Shown: positions 20,701 through 29,458 of the stretch, piece by piece | How positions within the stretch are numbered: the first letter of the stretch is position 1 | Layout of the letters: each line of letters opens with the position of its first letter | IMG/VR virus record: IMGVR_UViG_3300030673_000004 | Coordinates: 310,001 to 374,000 of that record | Strand: one strand, 5' to 3' | DNA: 64,000 nt | Position numbers and translations under genes: made by a program | Notes under the pieces: model-generated | Seen by the model: only the letters and a program-made list of their open reading frames with translations | What the model was told of the DNA's origin: nothing | Database searches by the model: none

Positions 20701-21826
20701 AGCAGCGGCTACTCTAGGTACAGTTTCTGGCACAACGATAAATGCCAAAACTACATCTAATGCGATCTTTGCTAATGCAGCAGATGCAGATTTCAGTGAA
20801 GATTCATTTAAGTTAACAGGCAATGTAGACTCTCTGAGTATCCTAAACGGTTCCCAATTACCTGCATGGGCAAGTACACTAAACGTTGACATGGTTGGCG
20901 CTCTACGCTTCTCTACGACTTCTGAAGCAATGGATGCGGGTGCTATTGAATACAATGGAATAGCATCTACAGGTACTTATGACTCAGACACGTCATCACC
21001 TGTTGTAACCAGAACAAATCTGGGCCAGGTCGCCTTCATGCGTGCTGAGACAGAAGGGCCTCTCTCTGTATTAAACCCATATACATCGGGTACCCGTTCG
21101 GTTAATCCTTTTGCGTACAAGATTGTTGGCTACCAACTACTAAATGCTGGTTATGTCTATTGGCAACCGACGCAACCAACAGATATTCAAGACTTCTCAG
21201 GAACACAAGCATCGGCTACTATTACAATTGCTAATGGTAACTCTTTTGATGCAACAACCCGTATTTCTGTTACCTATTTAGGACACACCTGCGCACTAAC
21301 ATATACAGCGGCCACTGGCAGCACAGGGATATTCGCTGCGGGCGCTACAGCTAGTGATACAGCACAAAATATAGCAAGTCTCCTGAGAAGCACAAGCGTT
21401 GCAGGGATACCCTTAGAATCTGTACTATGGGTATCTGTAGCAGCTAATGTAATTACGCTAACAGCCAAGTTACTGGGATCCTACGGAAATCTAATAACGG
21501 TTACAACAACAGGAATAGGTGTAAACAATACGGTGATGGCTAATGGTACTGATGCTACGACACCAAGTAGTTTGGTTTATCCTGCCAACGGGTGGATAGC
21601 TTTTGATAAAACAGAGATACCGGATCCCTACTCAGTGAGTTTCTTGCTGAAATTAGGAGTAAGTGATGCTAATGTTGCCTTTGGCGCCATCGTCGTCATG
21701 GCTGAAATTATCTCATCCCCACTACCATCTGAAGTAGGAACAGTAATTCCTTTTGCTATAGCACGCATGCCGCTAGAATCAAAACACGAAAGAAAAACCA
21801 TCTCTTGTAGGGTGCTGTTCACTTAA
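17765..21826 (+). CDS. Large virion protein with three putative beta-helix modules and a C-terminal tail-collar-like domain
   Basis: Three modules start with (Y/H)(V/A)DL and end with DAGA(I/Y)(Q/E). The C-terminus resembles 9986..10408. Confidence 0.6.
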   Translation: MANLQTYYVDLSLSNSVVGEGTATNKYSWGDVLRWFATLNASPFDTPNALDEGIPFDMTGVSVEFRMTGKKTMLVTDVLALSNLEFFLDAFIRFTSDDPATNGVPVWQFASNTTLDTFISLTLGSAANIKIQGVFLDIEGSVGTLISNTSDNGKTTLENNIIVARNKTTVINSTATYGAITFAGNTVLVGSIASGQHVLVSSTGANTSIAVSHNIVGQHVDSGSAMVAFSADSTNTITASGNVWAIRANGSAYTGVYPSAGNGAPDVFGQVLTDVVYGDTTLGGTTVDFTTILNTDTDMARGCSEFTMGFARANPAGPATQIMSSQAVTVTATDAVGYLDINGKYRSSTIDAGAIQKSGLTTASTTHVDLGLSATRSNRIGTVDDPITRTDWLLDLVQRAPVDNEIQYAIRGSMASGSATLDIILGTGSNYTGSGTINIIGWKTFNRTLPKLRINSVYWNQTINTTFQKIQVEWTGTQDLLTCPASGLNANATTCSLLNLTVRSNVANTGRFLALPTTSPIVQLGGVSAAFKHTSATTQAKGYIAIDSDLAHSVTLSAFELANQTALMTVPAQTSVIGIYAHTPAGTAVVTGPTATFATLNGIEPFNDTTSDTADFTLVSTTSAVGILADSTYLPTSVKTYLVRDCRDLERSAYPYGTTALDAGAYEYGYKIYPEIHLYADLSKTSTGHIGTIIDKFSYADLVAWIATAKTATLTKKYIVHLLRSLEADTTILDLSNIEGNPYTGSITFVTDNGKSAATLISAQAPAVTAYNTQGLNLELNKIILGSSSGYGPIALSGESTTKNTLTVDNSILSWIHSQVGFIVSRTGTLSGTDSITVNTVVFAQTQTTSDSGKDFDALLASIQNDSTIGDLVIVTEVTQGTTYRISPATSVDITVNTSTNITNARCVSLIDGDTNWTARIGACSIADSFTKDLSIQTNVVGSTPVDFAATAIQSVASGTSHLGTIATTVNNVYGLVYSAAATLGTVSGTTINAKTTSNAIFANAADADFSEDSFKLTGNVDSLSILNGSQLPAWASTLNVDMVGALRFSTTSEAMDAGAIEYNGIASTGTYDSDTSSPVVTRTNLGQVAFMRAETEGPLSVLNPYTSGTRSVNPFAYKIVGYQLLNAGYVYWQPTQPTDIQDFSGTQASATITIANGNSFDATTRISVTYLGHTCALTYTAATGSTGIFAAGATASDTAQNIASLLRSTSVAGIPLESVLWVSVAANVITLTAKLLGSYGNLITVTTTGIGVNNTVMANGTDATTPSSLVYPANGWIAFDKTEIPDPYSVSFLLKLGVSDANVAFGAIVVMAEIISSPLPSEVGTVIPFAIARMPLESKHERKTISCRVLFT

Positions 21827-21839
21827 CAAGGATTTACCG

Positions 21840-22433
21840 ATGGCTTATCAAATGATTTTAGAAGGAGGGGTACTTAAAACAGTACCTCTCCAGGAAAAAC
21901 CTATTGTATTCCAAGGTGAAGTGCATTACAACGCAAAAGCTATGGGCTCGTTTTACCCGCATCGTGGTGGTGCCTCTGTTGAAGTAGTCTCCCAAAACTA
22001 CAGAGCCCCAACAACAAATACTCCGATTATTGAACAACCAGCAGAAGAACAAAAGATAATTCTACCCAAAGCTCATATTGAACCTCCAGTAGTTATATCG
22101 GCATTTGCGGAAGCTACTATTGCATTTGATGAACCTGATGAGGCCCCGTCAAGTACAGAACAAGCATCCGATATTGTATCGGTTGAAGATGTAGCACAAA
22201 GCCTAGCGTATGAAGATGTTCGTGGCGTGGGTATGACTCTAAAGGAGTTCAATGCTTATCAACTCAAGGGTGCCCAAGTACGTAAAGTATACCAGAAAGT
22301 CATAAATGCAGATGCCTCTGAGATGGGCATTAGCAAAATGACACAAGCTATTCTGAATGAGACCGGAAAGTGTGTTGAGCGTCAAGGCGAGATTCTGAGT
22401 ATCATCTTAGATATTAAGCGAGGGGCTCTGTGA
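21840..22433 (+). CDS. Hypothetical protein
   Basis: SD AAGGA. Acidic/Pro-rich middle region. Confidence 0.7.
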   Translation: MAYQMILEGGVLKTVPLQEKPIVFQGEVHYNAKAMGSFYPHRGGASVEVVSQNYRAPTTNTPIIEQPAEEQKIILPKAHIEPPVVISAFAEATIAFDEPDEAPSSTEQASDIVSVEDVAQSLAYEDVRGVGMTLKEFNAYQLKGAQVRKVYQKVINADASEMGISKMTQAILNETGKCVERQGEILSIILDIKRGAL

Positions 22434-23779
22434 GCATAGCCACAGCAGTCAGGACCCTACGCGAATATGTCAGCACACAACTGCCGTTAGAGCCCTATAT
22501 GCACGGCTCGTTTCGGTCTGTAGATCCTATGCTCAGTGGAACAACACGCTTTGGTAAAAAGATAGGGACCAATGAGGTCATTCTGTTAGAAGATACAGAT
22601 ATGGTACTAGCGAGTAACGCTGCTACAGGTAGTGCTACGGTGCAAACAGTAGCAAAAATCAATGATGTAATAACAGGATCCATTTTCAAATTACCTGATA
22701 CCTCGTTAATCCGTCTATACAATCCACAGCAGCATGTATCAAACACAGATACGTACTGGTCCTGGACTGTTGACTCAGAGACGCCCCTGCTCACAACGTA
22801 TACAGCAGGCAGTTCACTCTCAATCTATGGGCATCCTGTGACTGTATTGCCCGGTCTAACCAACGAGATACAAGTACGAAGTACGGTTCCTGTTATGCCC
22901 GGTGACCGATTGATTCCCATAGCAAGCACACCAATAGGACTTGTTGAAGGTCAGACTGTTGAAATCCTATCTATTGATACACATACTATAATACCTGGAG
23001 ACATACCGGTAAACTCGTACAAATGCACAGTATCAGCACAATTAAAACACCTAATTGTGAATACGGCATCGAGCATATATCTAAGAGCAGATACAGGTTA
23101 CGTATCTAATCTCATACCAGCTACAGATATCAATGGCGTCTTCCTATTAGACTGTGTTTCAGGTATAACACTTGGAGATAACTCGGAAGACGTTACTATC
23201 ACATTAAATACACATCAAGCAGACTATACAATAAGCACATCGTACCAAGATGTCCAAAAAAATACGCCGGTTATTCTAGGTGTTGTATCGGCTGCTGACT
23301 TTGTAACAGGGGCTGTTGATAGAGGCCGACTGGTACCAAATATAGATAAGTCGCTCTATTCAGTTAATGACGCTTACGGGTTATGCGGTTTTGGCTATGA
23401 CTTCTGTAAGACACTCAATCCAGGAATTAAACTAAAAGTATCCGGCCAAGAAGGCACAGAGATACGAGTGACTGTCGCCACAGGTACAACATTATATACC
23501 ATTGGTACAACAGATACAACAATTGATCTATCTACAAATCAAACCAATTATGTGTTATTCCGTATCACAGGTTCAACTAACGGAACACTGCTCTGGACAA
23601 GTTTACCACTCACAGAAGATAACTCGTTCATCTCCTACTCTATCGTAGCGCGAACAAACCAACAGGAAGAGTGGTCCGGTAGTGGATTAATACTCAAGCC
23701 AGTCATCACATCGGTTGAAGACAGCTATGCATTCTCCGATGGAGAAAACTTTGTGATCGGTGGAGGTACCTTCCTATGA
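22430..23779 (+). CDS. Hypothetical beta-rich virion protein
   Basis: GTGA-coupled start, Thr/Ser/Val-rich, located in the structural cluster. Confidence 0.6.
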   Translation: MSIATAVRTLREYVSTQLPLEPYMHGSFRSVDPMLSGTTRFGKKIGTNEVILLEDTDMVLASNAATGSATVQTVAKINDVITGSIFKLPDTSLIRLYNPQQHVSNTDTYWSWTVDSETPLLTTYTAGSSLSIYGHPVTVLPGLTNEIQVRSTVPVMPGDRLIPIASTPIGLVEGQTVEILSIDTHTIIPGDIPVNSYKCTVSAQLKHLIVNTASSIYLRADTGYVSNLIPATDINGVFLLDCVSGITLGDNSEDVTITLNTHQADYTISTSYQDVQKNTPVILGVVSAADFVTGAVDRGRLVPNIDKSLYSVNDAYGLCGFGYDFCKTLNPGIKLKVSGQEGTEIRVTVATGTTLYTIGTTDTTIDLSTNQTNYVLFRITGSTNGTLLWTSLPLTEDNSFISYSIVARTNQQEEWSGSGLILKPVITSVEDSYAFSDGENFVIGGGTFL

Positions 23780-26367
23780 ACGTCCGAAGCATGTCTCGTG
23801 ATGTTGTAGCTGACGGTACAACACGCATGTATGGTAACATTGATAAACTGGCAGAGCTCGCAGCGCTATCCAGTTATGGTATCATAGGTGATCTTAGTAC
23901 AAAACTAAAAGTTACAGTATCTCAGGCTGCCACGTGTATGCAAATAACTGCAGGCAGCTTTCTAACCCCATCAGGTGTCATCGGAGCATTCACAGATATT
24001 ACAACAGGTGTATTTCCACACTCCTTTGAACCGGGAACATCAGGTGTAATACTTGCCACATTTGATGTAGCTGAAAAAACAAGTATAAATGAGTACGGAC
24101 AATCTGTTATAGAGAACACCAGCATAACATCAACTTATGCGTGCTTATCTATTGATCAGTATGGCGAAAACTACGTTGAGTGGTATCCTAAATCAGTAGT
24201 TCTTGCTGTCTATAACATTATTGATGGTGCTATTGAATTAGACGAAAGTAATACTGTTGTCGCTAACACACGACGAGCATCAGGTTCTTTTGATAATAAG
24301 CACATAAACTTAGGATACCCGCAGTATGCAACAGAGAGAAATGTGCATGGATTACAATTTGATGATCTCTATACAGGCAGCACATCTTTCTTGAAGCAAG
24401 CATTCAAGGAGGGTTTTCTTATTGGTGGTGCATCTAGTAGCCAAGGTACACCTGGAGACACAACGGAAGTAGAAATAAACGAGGATGCATGGCAAATTGA
24501 TTATCTAGGTAGATTAACAGGTACACCGGGCATCTATTACGTATATCTACCCTCAACACCAACATCAGTAGCTAACATTGTAGATGCTGTCTACACGAGT
24601 TCTCCTGTAGCTGTAAACTGGTTAGACAAACAGAACGTTCTAACATCCAGCATACCTGTGCATGTGTACGTGAGTTATACAGCGCTTAGCGACTTTGATT
24701 TAGCAACACCCAACCCAACAAGTGCGCTAAAGCTACGAAATAACCCAAATAAGATTATCGTATCGGATGGAAAGATAATCCATACCAAAGCAAGTAACAC
24801 AGTACGCTTAGGTTTTGATTCTTACGCAGATTTGGTCCTTGATAAGATATCAACATATGTATCTACCAGTGGATCACTCGTAGCAGCCCCAACAGTAGTA
24901 GAGACAGCAACAGTAAATACAACGCTGACCGGCACATCACTGACAAGCAAGGTAACCTTCCCAACACCCAGCCAAGTATCCTTCGCCGTGCGGGGACAAG
25001 GTCTACAATCAGTGCAGGAACCGCCCCAAGGTGTCTTAAAAGTAACTAACTCACGCTTCATTGGAACAAACAATCTAACATTTACTGTTTCTAATGATGA
25101 AGAGACTGTAGCGCTATCAGCTACCGTAGGAACTACAGTGGTTCTGACAGCCACAGAACCCCTACATCCGTGTGGCTATCTAACAAAAGACGGAGTACTT
25201 GTAACAAGCTCCAGTTGGTATCGTATTGATGATTATACAGTAGCGTTGAACCCTAATGCACACACCACCGACTCTAAATACCTATGGATCTTAGCTGCAG
25301 GAGAATCACCTCGCTACTTAGGAAGAAGCATTCAAGCAGTTGGTACAGGATCTGCCCCAGATACAGTAAAAGCTACTGGTTATATTCAAATAACAACTAT
25401 TCCTCTAAGTGGTGATGCGATCACCATAACTACAACGGATTACACAGCAACGTTCACCTATGGTGCTAACTGGGCTATAGATACAACGCTACAGAGAGTA
25501 GCATCTTCATTAGTCACGGCAATTAACCGCTCTGACGTATATGCGGATGTAACATCAACAATACTAAACGATCCTGCTGGTGTGTACTTAAAAGTTACAA
25601 GCAGATCAAGTTCTGCTGATTGCAACAATTGGACCATTGAGAGTAATGCCACAGCACCGTTTACCGTTAAGTCTTTTTATGCTGGTGGCACTTATGCACC
25701 ATACAGTAGCGACCTTCTAAACATGACGGTCTCTGTACTGTACCAGCAAACACCTTATGTAAAAAAACCTAAGATCAATATCTATGCAACTAAATCCATT
25801 GCAGCAGATACGACATCAGATGAGAGTAAAATTTATCATTTAATGTATACGTTTGATGCCAGCGATAAGAAAACAGAATGGCGTAGTCATACACTCATTC
25901 GCAGTGATTTGATCATGGCTGACTATAATGATAGAACTAGCTATGATACAACAACTATGTTCTCTTTAGGATTAACCGTGACTGGGTATGATGCAGCCGG
26001 TGCCTCTCTAAATGAAACTCTCTCCTTTGATGAAGTGGATGCCTGGAGTCCTACGACGGGGTATTCAGATCTAGCGTTCAAGTCAACAGCTAACATCTAC
26101 TCGTCTCTGTCATCTTGGATTGTGTCAACCACGCCACCGTCATCGGTAAGTGCAACACTGAGTGTACTATCCAATCTCTATGACGAACCTTTTGACATGT
26201 TCCCTGTCAGAACGTTCAAGTTAGAAGGTGGTAAAGCTTGGAACTTCAAAGATACACGTAGAATTCTTATGGGCAATGCTATTGCAGGAGAAGCATCGCA
26301 GCAAGAACAACTGCATCAAGCATTATCCATGCAAAATGATGTCCTCACGGTAAGTGGTCTATTATGA
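23776..26367 (+). CDS. Virion structural protein, paralog of 45347..47584
   Basis: Several collinear blocks are shared with 45347..47584: NVHGLQFDDL/NPHGQSLADL, GTPG/GIPG, TGYDAAGASLNETLSF/YGTDTNGAAIKETLEF, DTRRIL/DSRRIL. Confidence 0.65.
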   Translation: MNVRSMSRDVVADGTTRMYGNIDKLAELAALSSYGIIGDLSTKLKVTVSQAATCMQITAGSFLTPSGVIGAFTDITTGVFPHSFEPGTSGVILATFDVAEKTSINEYGQSVIENTSITSTYACLSIDQYGENYVEWYPKSVVLAVYNIIDGAIELDESNTVVANTRRASGSFDNKHINLGYPQYATERNVHGLQFDDLYTGSTSFLKQAFKEGFLIGGASSSQGTPGDTTEVEINEDAWQIDYLGRLTGTPGIYYVYLPSTPTSVANIVDAVYTSSPVAVNWLDKQNVLTSSIPVHVYVSYTALSDFDLATPNPTSALKLRNNPNKIIVSDGKIIHTKASNTVRLGFDSYADLVLDKISTYVSTSGSLVAAPTVVETATVNTTLTGTSLTSKVTFPTPSQVSFAVRGQGLQSVQEPPQGVLKVTNSRFIGTNNLTFTVSNDEETVALSATVGTTVVLTATEPLHPCGYLTKDGVLVTSSSWYRIDDYTVALNPNAHTTDSKYLWILAAGESPRYLGRSIQAVGTGSAPDTVKATGYIQITTIPLSGDAITITTTDYTATFTYGANWAIDTTLQRVASSLVTAINRSDVYADVTSTILNDPAGVYLKVTSRSSSADCNNWTIESNATAPFTVKSFYAGGTYAPYSSDLLNMTVSVLYQQTPYVKKPKINIYATKSIAADTTSDESKIYHLMYTFDASDKKTEWRSHTLIRSDLIMADYNDRTSYDTTTMFSLGLTVTGYDAAGASLNETLSFDEVDAWSPTTGYSDLAFKSTANIYSSLSSWIVSTTPPSSVSATLSVLSNLYDEPFDMFPVRTFKLEGGKAWNFKDTRRILMGNAIAGEASQQEQLHQALSMQNDVLTVSGLL

Positions 26368-27218
26368 AACGTATATTCAGCGAATCTTTAATTAGCCCGC
26401 GATGGGTGGATTCATCCACAGTAAACTATCGTTTCCCTGTAGTATCATCTGGAAATGAAACTCTACCAACAAGAGCACGGAAAGATGGGTACAGATCAAA
26501 ACCGATTAGAATCACAAATAGCAGCAGCATTGAGATCATAGGAACATATCGAGATGCATCCAATAAATCAGGATGCTTAGCTATATATACATGGCTGAAC
26601 CCAACAGTAATAGCAGCTAAAACACACAACGAATCAACTGTGCAGCTAGAAACTGTTGGTAATATGTATTTTGGTGAGTTCCTTGCAGGGGCCGCTGTAA
26701 TAAATGGAACATCATTCAAATCTAGCTACACTTTTGATGAGACTGTAGAGTTTATTCAAATTTATACGACTATGGATCTAACAGCAATCACCATCAGTGA
26801 GAGTGACATATCAGGTGCTGCTGTATCCCTCGTAGCACCGACAGCAACTACAGATGATGTCACAATTGAAGATGACTTTGAACTGGCTGAAGTAACTATA
26901 CCTGTGTTGATTGAAGACCCCTTCAGTCTAGGACCCGATGCTGATCCCTTCCTTACTATAGCGCCACTTCCAGGAACATATGCAGAGCCGGTACTTGTAC
27001 AACTATCTGTTACAACACCGTCTACGGTGTATTACACAACAGATGGTACAACACCAACAACAAGTTCTTTGGTATATACAGCACCGTTCTACGTGTTCTC
27101 CAATATCACAATTACAGCCTTAGGTGTTCCTGCAGACAGAACAGCTTCAGAAATTGCTACTGCTGTATATACTGTAATTTATACACCCGCTATCAGTCCA
27201 GCTAGTGGTGTACGCTGA
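26364..27218 (+). CDS. Virion protein with one CHB_HEX_C_1 repeat; probably the N-terminal part of a frameshifted gene
   Basis: Contains PLPGTY...VYYTTDGTTPTTSS..Y. Ends mid-repeat (TPAISPASGV-R-stop), and the repeat continues in the +1 frame. Confidence 0.65.
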   Translation: MKRIFSESLISPRWVDSSTVNYRFPVVSSGNETLPTRARKDGYRSKPIRITNSSSIEIIGTYRDASNKSGCLAIYTWLNPTVIAAKTHNESTVQLETVGNMYFGEFLAGAAVINGTSFKSSYTFDETVEFIQIYTTMDLTAITISESDISGAAVSLVAPTATTDDVTIEDDFELAEVTIPVLIEDPFSLGPDADPFLTIAPLPGTYAEPVLVQLSVTTPSTVYYTTDGTTPTTSSLVYTAPFYVFSNITITALGVPADRTASEIATAVYTVIYTPAISPASGVR

Positions 27219-29448
27219 TTCTGTTGCTGTAACAATTGCATCTAATACAAACCTAAGAGCACAACGAGTACATACAGAAAGTTTACTCGGAGCAAGCAAC
27301 AAAACTATCCACTACACTACGGATACACGACCACCAACAACTGAGTCCTCTATATATACTGGATCATTAACTGTAACAGCTAATACAGTAGTACAAGCAA
27401 TTACATCTATTGATGGAATTACATCAGCGGCGGCTTCCGCTAATTACATTGTCGTAAGCACACCAACCATTAATCCGACAAGTGGTTCTTATGCGAACCC
27501 TCTATCTGTAACGCTGGCTTGTGAAAACGTACTTGCGGACATTCATTATACCCTCGATGGCACTACGCCAACTATAACATCGTCTATATACACTACACCC
27601 ATTGTTTTAACAGCATCTGCTCAAGTAAAATGCTTTGCAGCTATTGATGGTGTAACGTCATCTGCTGTTTCTGCAGATTATAGTCTACCACCTGTAATAT
27701 CACCTAATGCCGGTATTTATGAGTTCACACAGGCAATAACAATCACGGCGTCAACAGGTGCTACTATCTATTATACCATTGATGGCACTACGCCAACTAC
27801 AGGATCTGCAGTTTACTCATCAAGTATAACATTAGACCATTCAGCTCATGTTAAAGCTATATCGGTTAAAAATGGAACACCATCTACTGTAGCCCAGCAG
27901 CAATATGAAATTGTGTACCCAACACCGACAGAAACGTTAAGCTCCTTGTACTACGACGCTACAGCGCATCAATATGTATGGAAGAATAAATCTGTCGCGA
28001 AACCAACATTCTCCCTCGCGGAAGGGGCGTATAACACTACCCAAACTGTGAGTATTAGTGCAGCATCTGCCGCTACTGTATACTACACGCGGGATGGAAG
28101 CACACCAACAGAAGCATCAACAAAATACACAACACCACTTACGCTGTCGGCACCTACAAAATTAAGCGCTATAGCTATTAATGGTACTGCAACCTCGGCA
28201 ATAAACACAGCAACCTATGTAATCAATCTAAGCCCCTTAATTTCGGCAATGCACCCAAACGAAATACACGAAGGTGCAGCATACAGTAATGTTATTATAT
28301 CTGGATCAAATCTCTCACAGTTATCAAGCGTTACGCTTAATGGAGTTAGCTGTCCTGTAATAGCAGCAGCTAACGACTTTTCAAATATAACGATAAACAT
28401 ACCGGGAAATTCCGTATTGGCGTCGAACAATAATACATTACCAATATCAATCCGTGTGGTTAATGGCACAAATTCTAGTGAAACCGTTGTAGGTCAGGTT
28501 ATACCTAAATGGCTCCAGGGTAGAGCTAGAATGATCGGTGTCGATTACAGTTTGATTGGAGACCCCTCTTTTGGCATACACGCTAATGGCACGGGAAAGT
28601 CATCTAAAATTAGCATATCACCAACAGGCGGAATTTATACCAAAACACCCTATAAATGGTGGTACGTACCAGCCGTGTCTTTAGGTGGATGGGATTCAAA
28701 TATGGCAAACATCTGGTATTGTGGTACGGATGATTTGGATAGTGAATTTATAAACCCCGCCGCACGCTTAACAGATAACGCAACTAACTCAAATACAAAT
28801 GTTAAAAGTATGTGCTTTGATAGTAATTCTAATTTCTACTGGAGCCTTCCTGATGGTCTATACAAAGGAACACCGTCAAGCGCATCAACATTTACTTGGA
28901 TCAAGTTACTAGATAACATAGTGTTTGACTCACTGTGTTCTGCATCAACAGATAACCTATACGGCATCCAACTAAGTTCCGACTACAGCTATAGCATCGT
29001 CTACAGTATAAACCCAAATCTAAGAACGGCTAATAAATTAGTCACCCTGCCAACAACTAACTGTATTGGCTATAAACTCGGATGTAATCCAGTAACAAAT
29101 TATCTCTACGCAATACCAAACAATTGCAATGAACCACTTTCCATACTGATCAGCAAAGACAATGGCACTACTTGGATAAATTCTGGATCAGGCAGTGTTG
29201 GCCTGTTCACTCTCTTAAAAGAAGGACCTGCTTTTGGAGATAATTCATTATTCTTTGTATCGGGTACCTGCACATACAGAGCCAATCTAAATTTAGATGG
29301 ATCTATATCTGGCATACTAAAGATATCTTCAAATATGCTGGGCAATGAAACTGGAATTGCATATAAGTTCAATAAAAAACCAACCCTGTATATTACAACA
29401 GAAGATGAAGCATCCAGTAATATTCATACCCTAATTAGACAGTTCTAA
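27205..29448 (+). CDS. Fibre/adhesin-like protein: four CHB_HEX_C_1 repeats, an IPT/TIG-like domain and a C-terminal beta-propeller-like region
   Basis: (H/Y)YT.DG..PT motifs x4 and the IPT-like PLISAMHPNE...VIISGSNL. The GTG start lacks an obvious SD. Confidence 0.65.
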   Translation: MVYADSVAVTIASNTNLRAQRVHTESLLGASNKTIHYTTDTRPPTTESSIYTGSLTVTANTVVQAITSIDGITSAAASANYIVVSTPTINPTSGSYANPLSVTLACENVLADIHYTLDGTTPTITSSIYTTPIVLTASAQVKCFAAIDGVTSSAVSADYSLPPVISPNAGIYEFTQAITITASTGATIYYTIDGTTPTTGSAVYSSSITLDHSAHVKAISVKNGTPSTVAQQQYEIVYPTPTETLSSLYYDATAHQYVWKNKSVAKPTFSLAEGAYNTTQTVSISAASAATVYYTRDGSTPTEASTKYTTPLTLSAPTKLSAIAINGTATSAINTATYVINLSPLISAMHPNEIHEGAAYSNVIISGSNLSQLSSVTLNGVSCPVIAAANDFSNITINIPGNSVLASNNNTLPISIRVVNGTNSSETVVGQVIPKWLQGRARMIGVDYSLIGDPSFGIHANGTGKSSKISISPTGGIYTKTPYKWWYVPAVSLGGWDSNMANIWYCGTDDLDSEFINPAARLTDNATNSNTNVKSMCFDSNSNFYWSLPDGLYKGTPSSASTFTWIKLLDNIVFDSLCSASTDNLYGIQLSSDYSYSIVYSINPNLRTANKLVTLPTTNCIGYKLGCNPVTNYLYAIPNNCNEPLSILISKDNGTTWINSGSGSVGLFTLLKEGPAFGDNSLFFVSGTCTYRANLNLDGSISGILKISSNMLGNETGIAYKFNKKPTLYITTEDEASSNIHTLIRQF

Positions 29449-29458
29449 AGGTGACACA

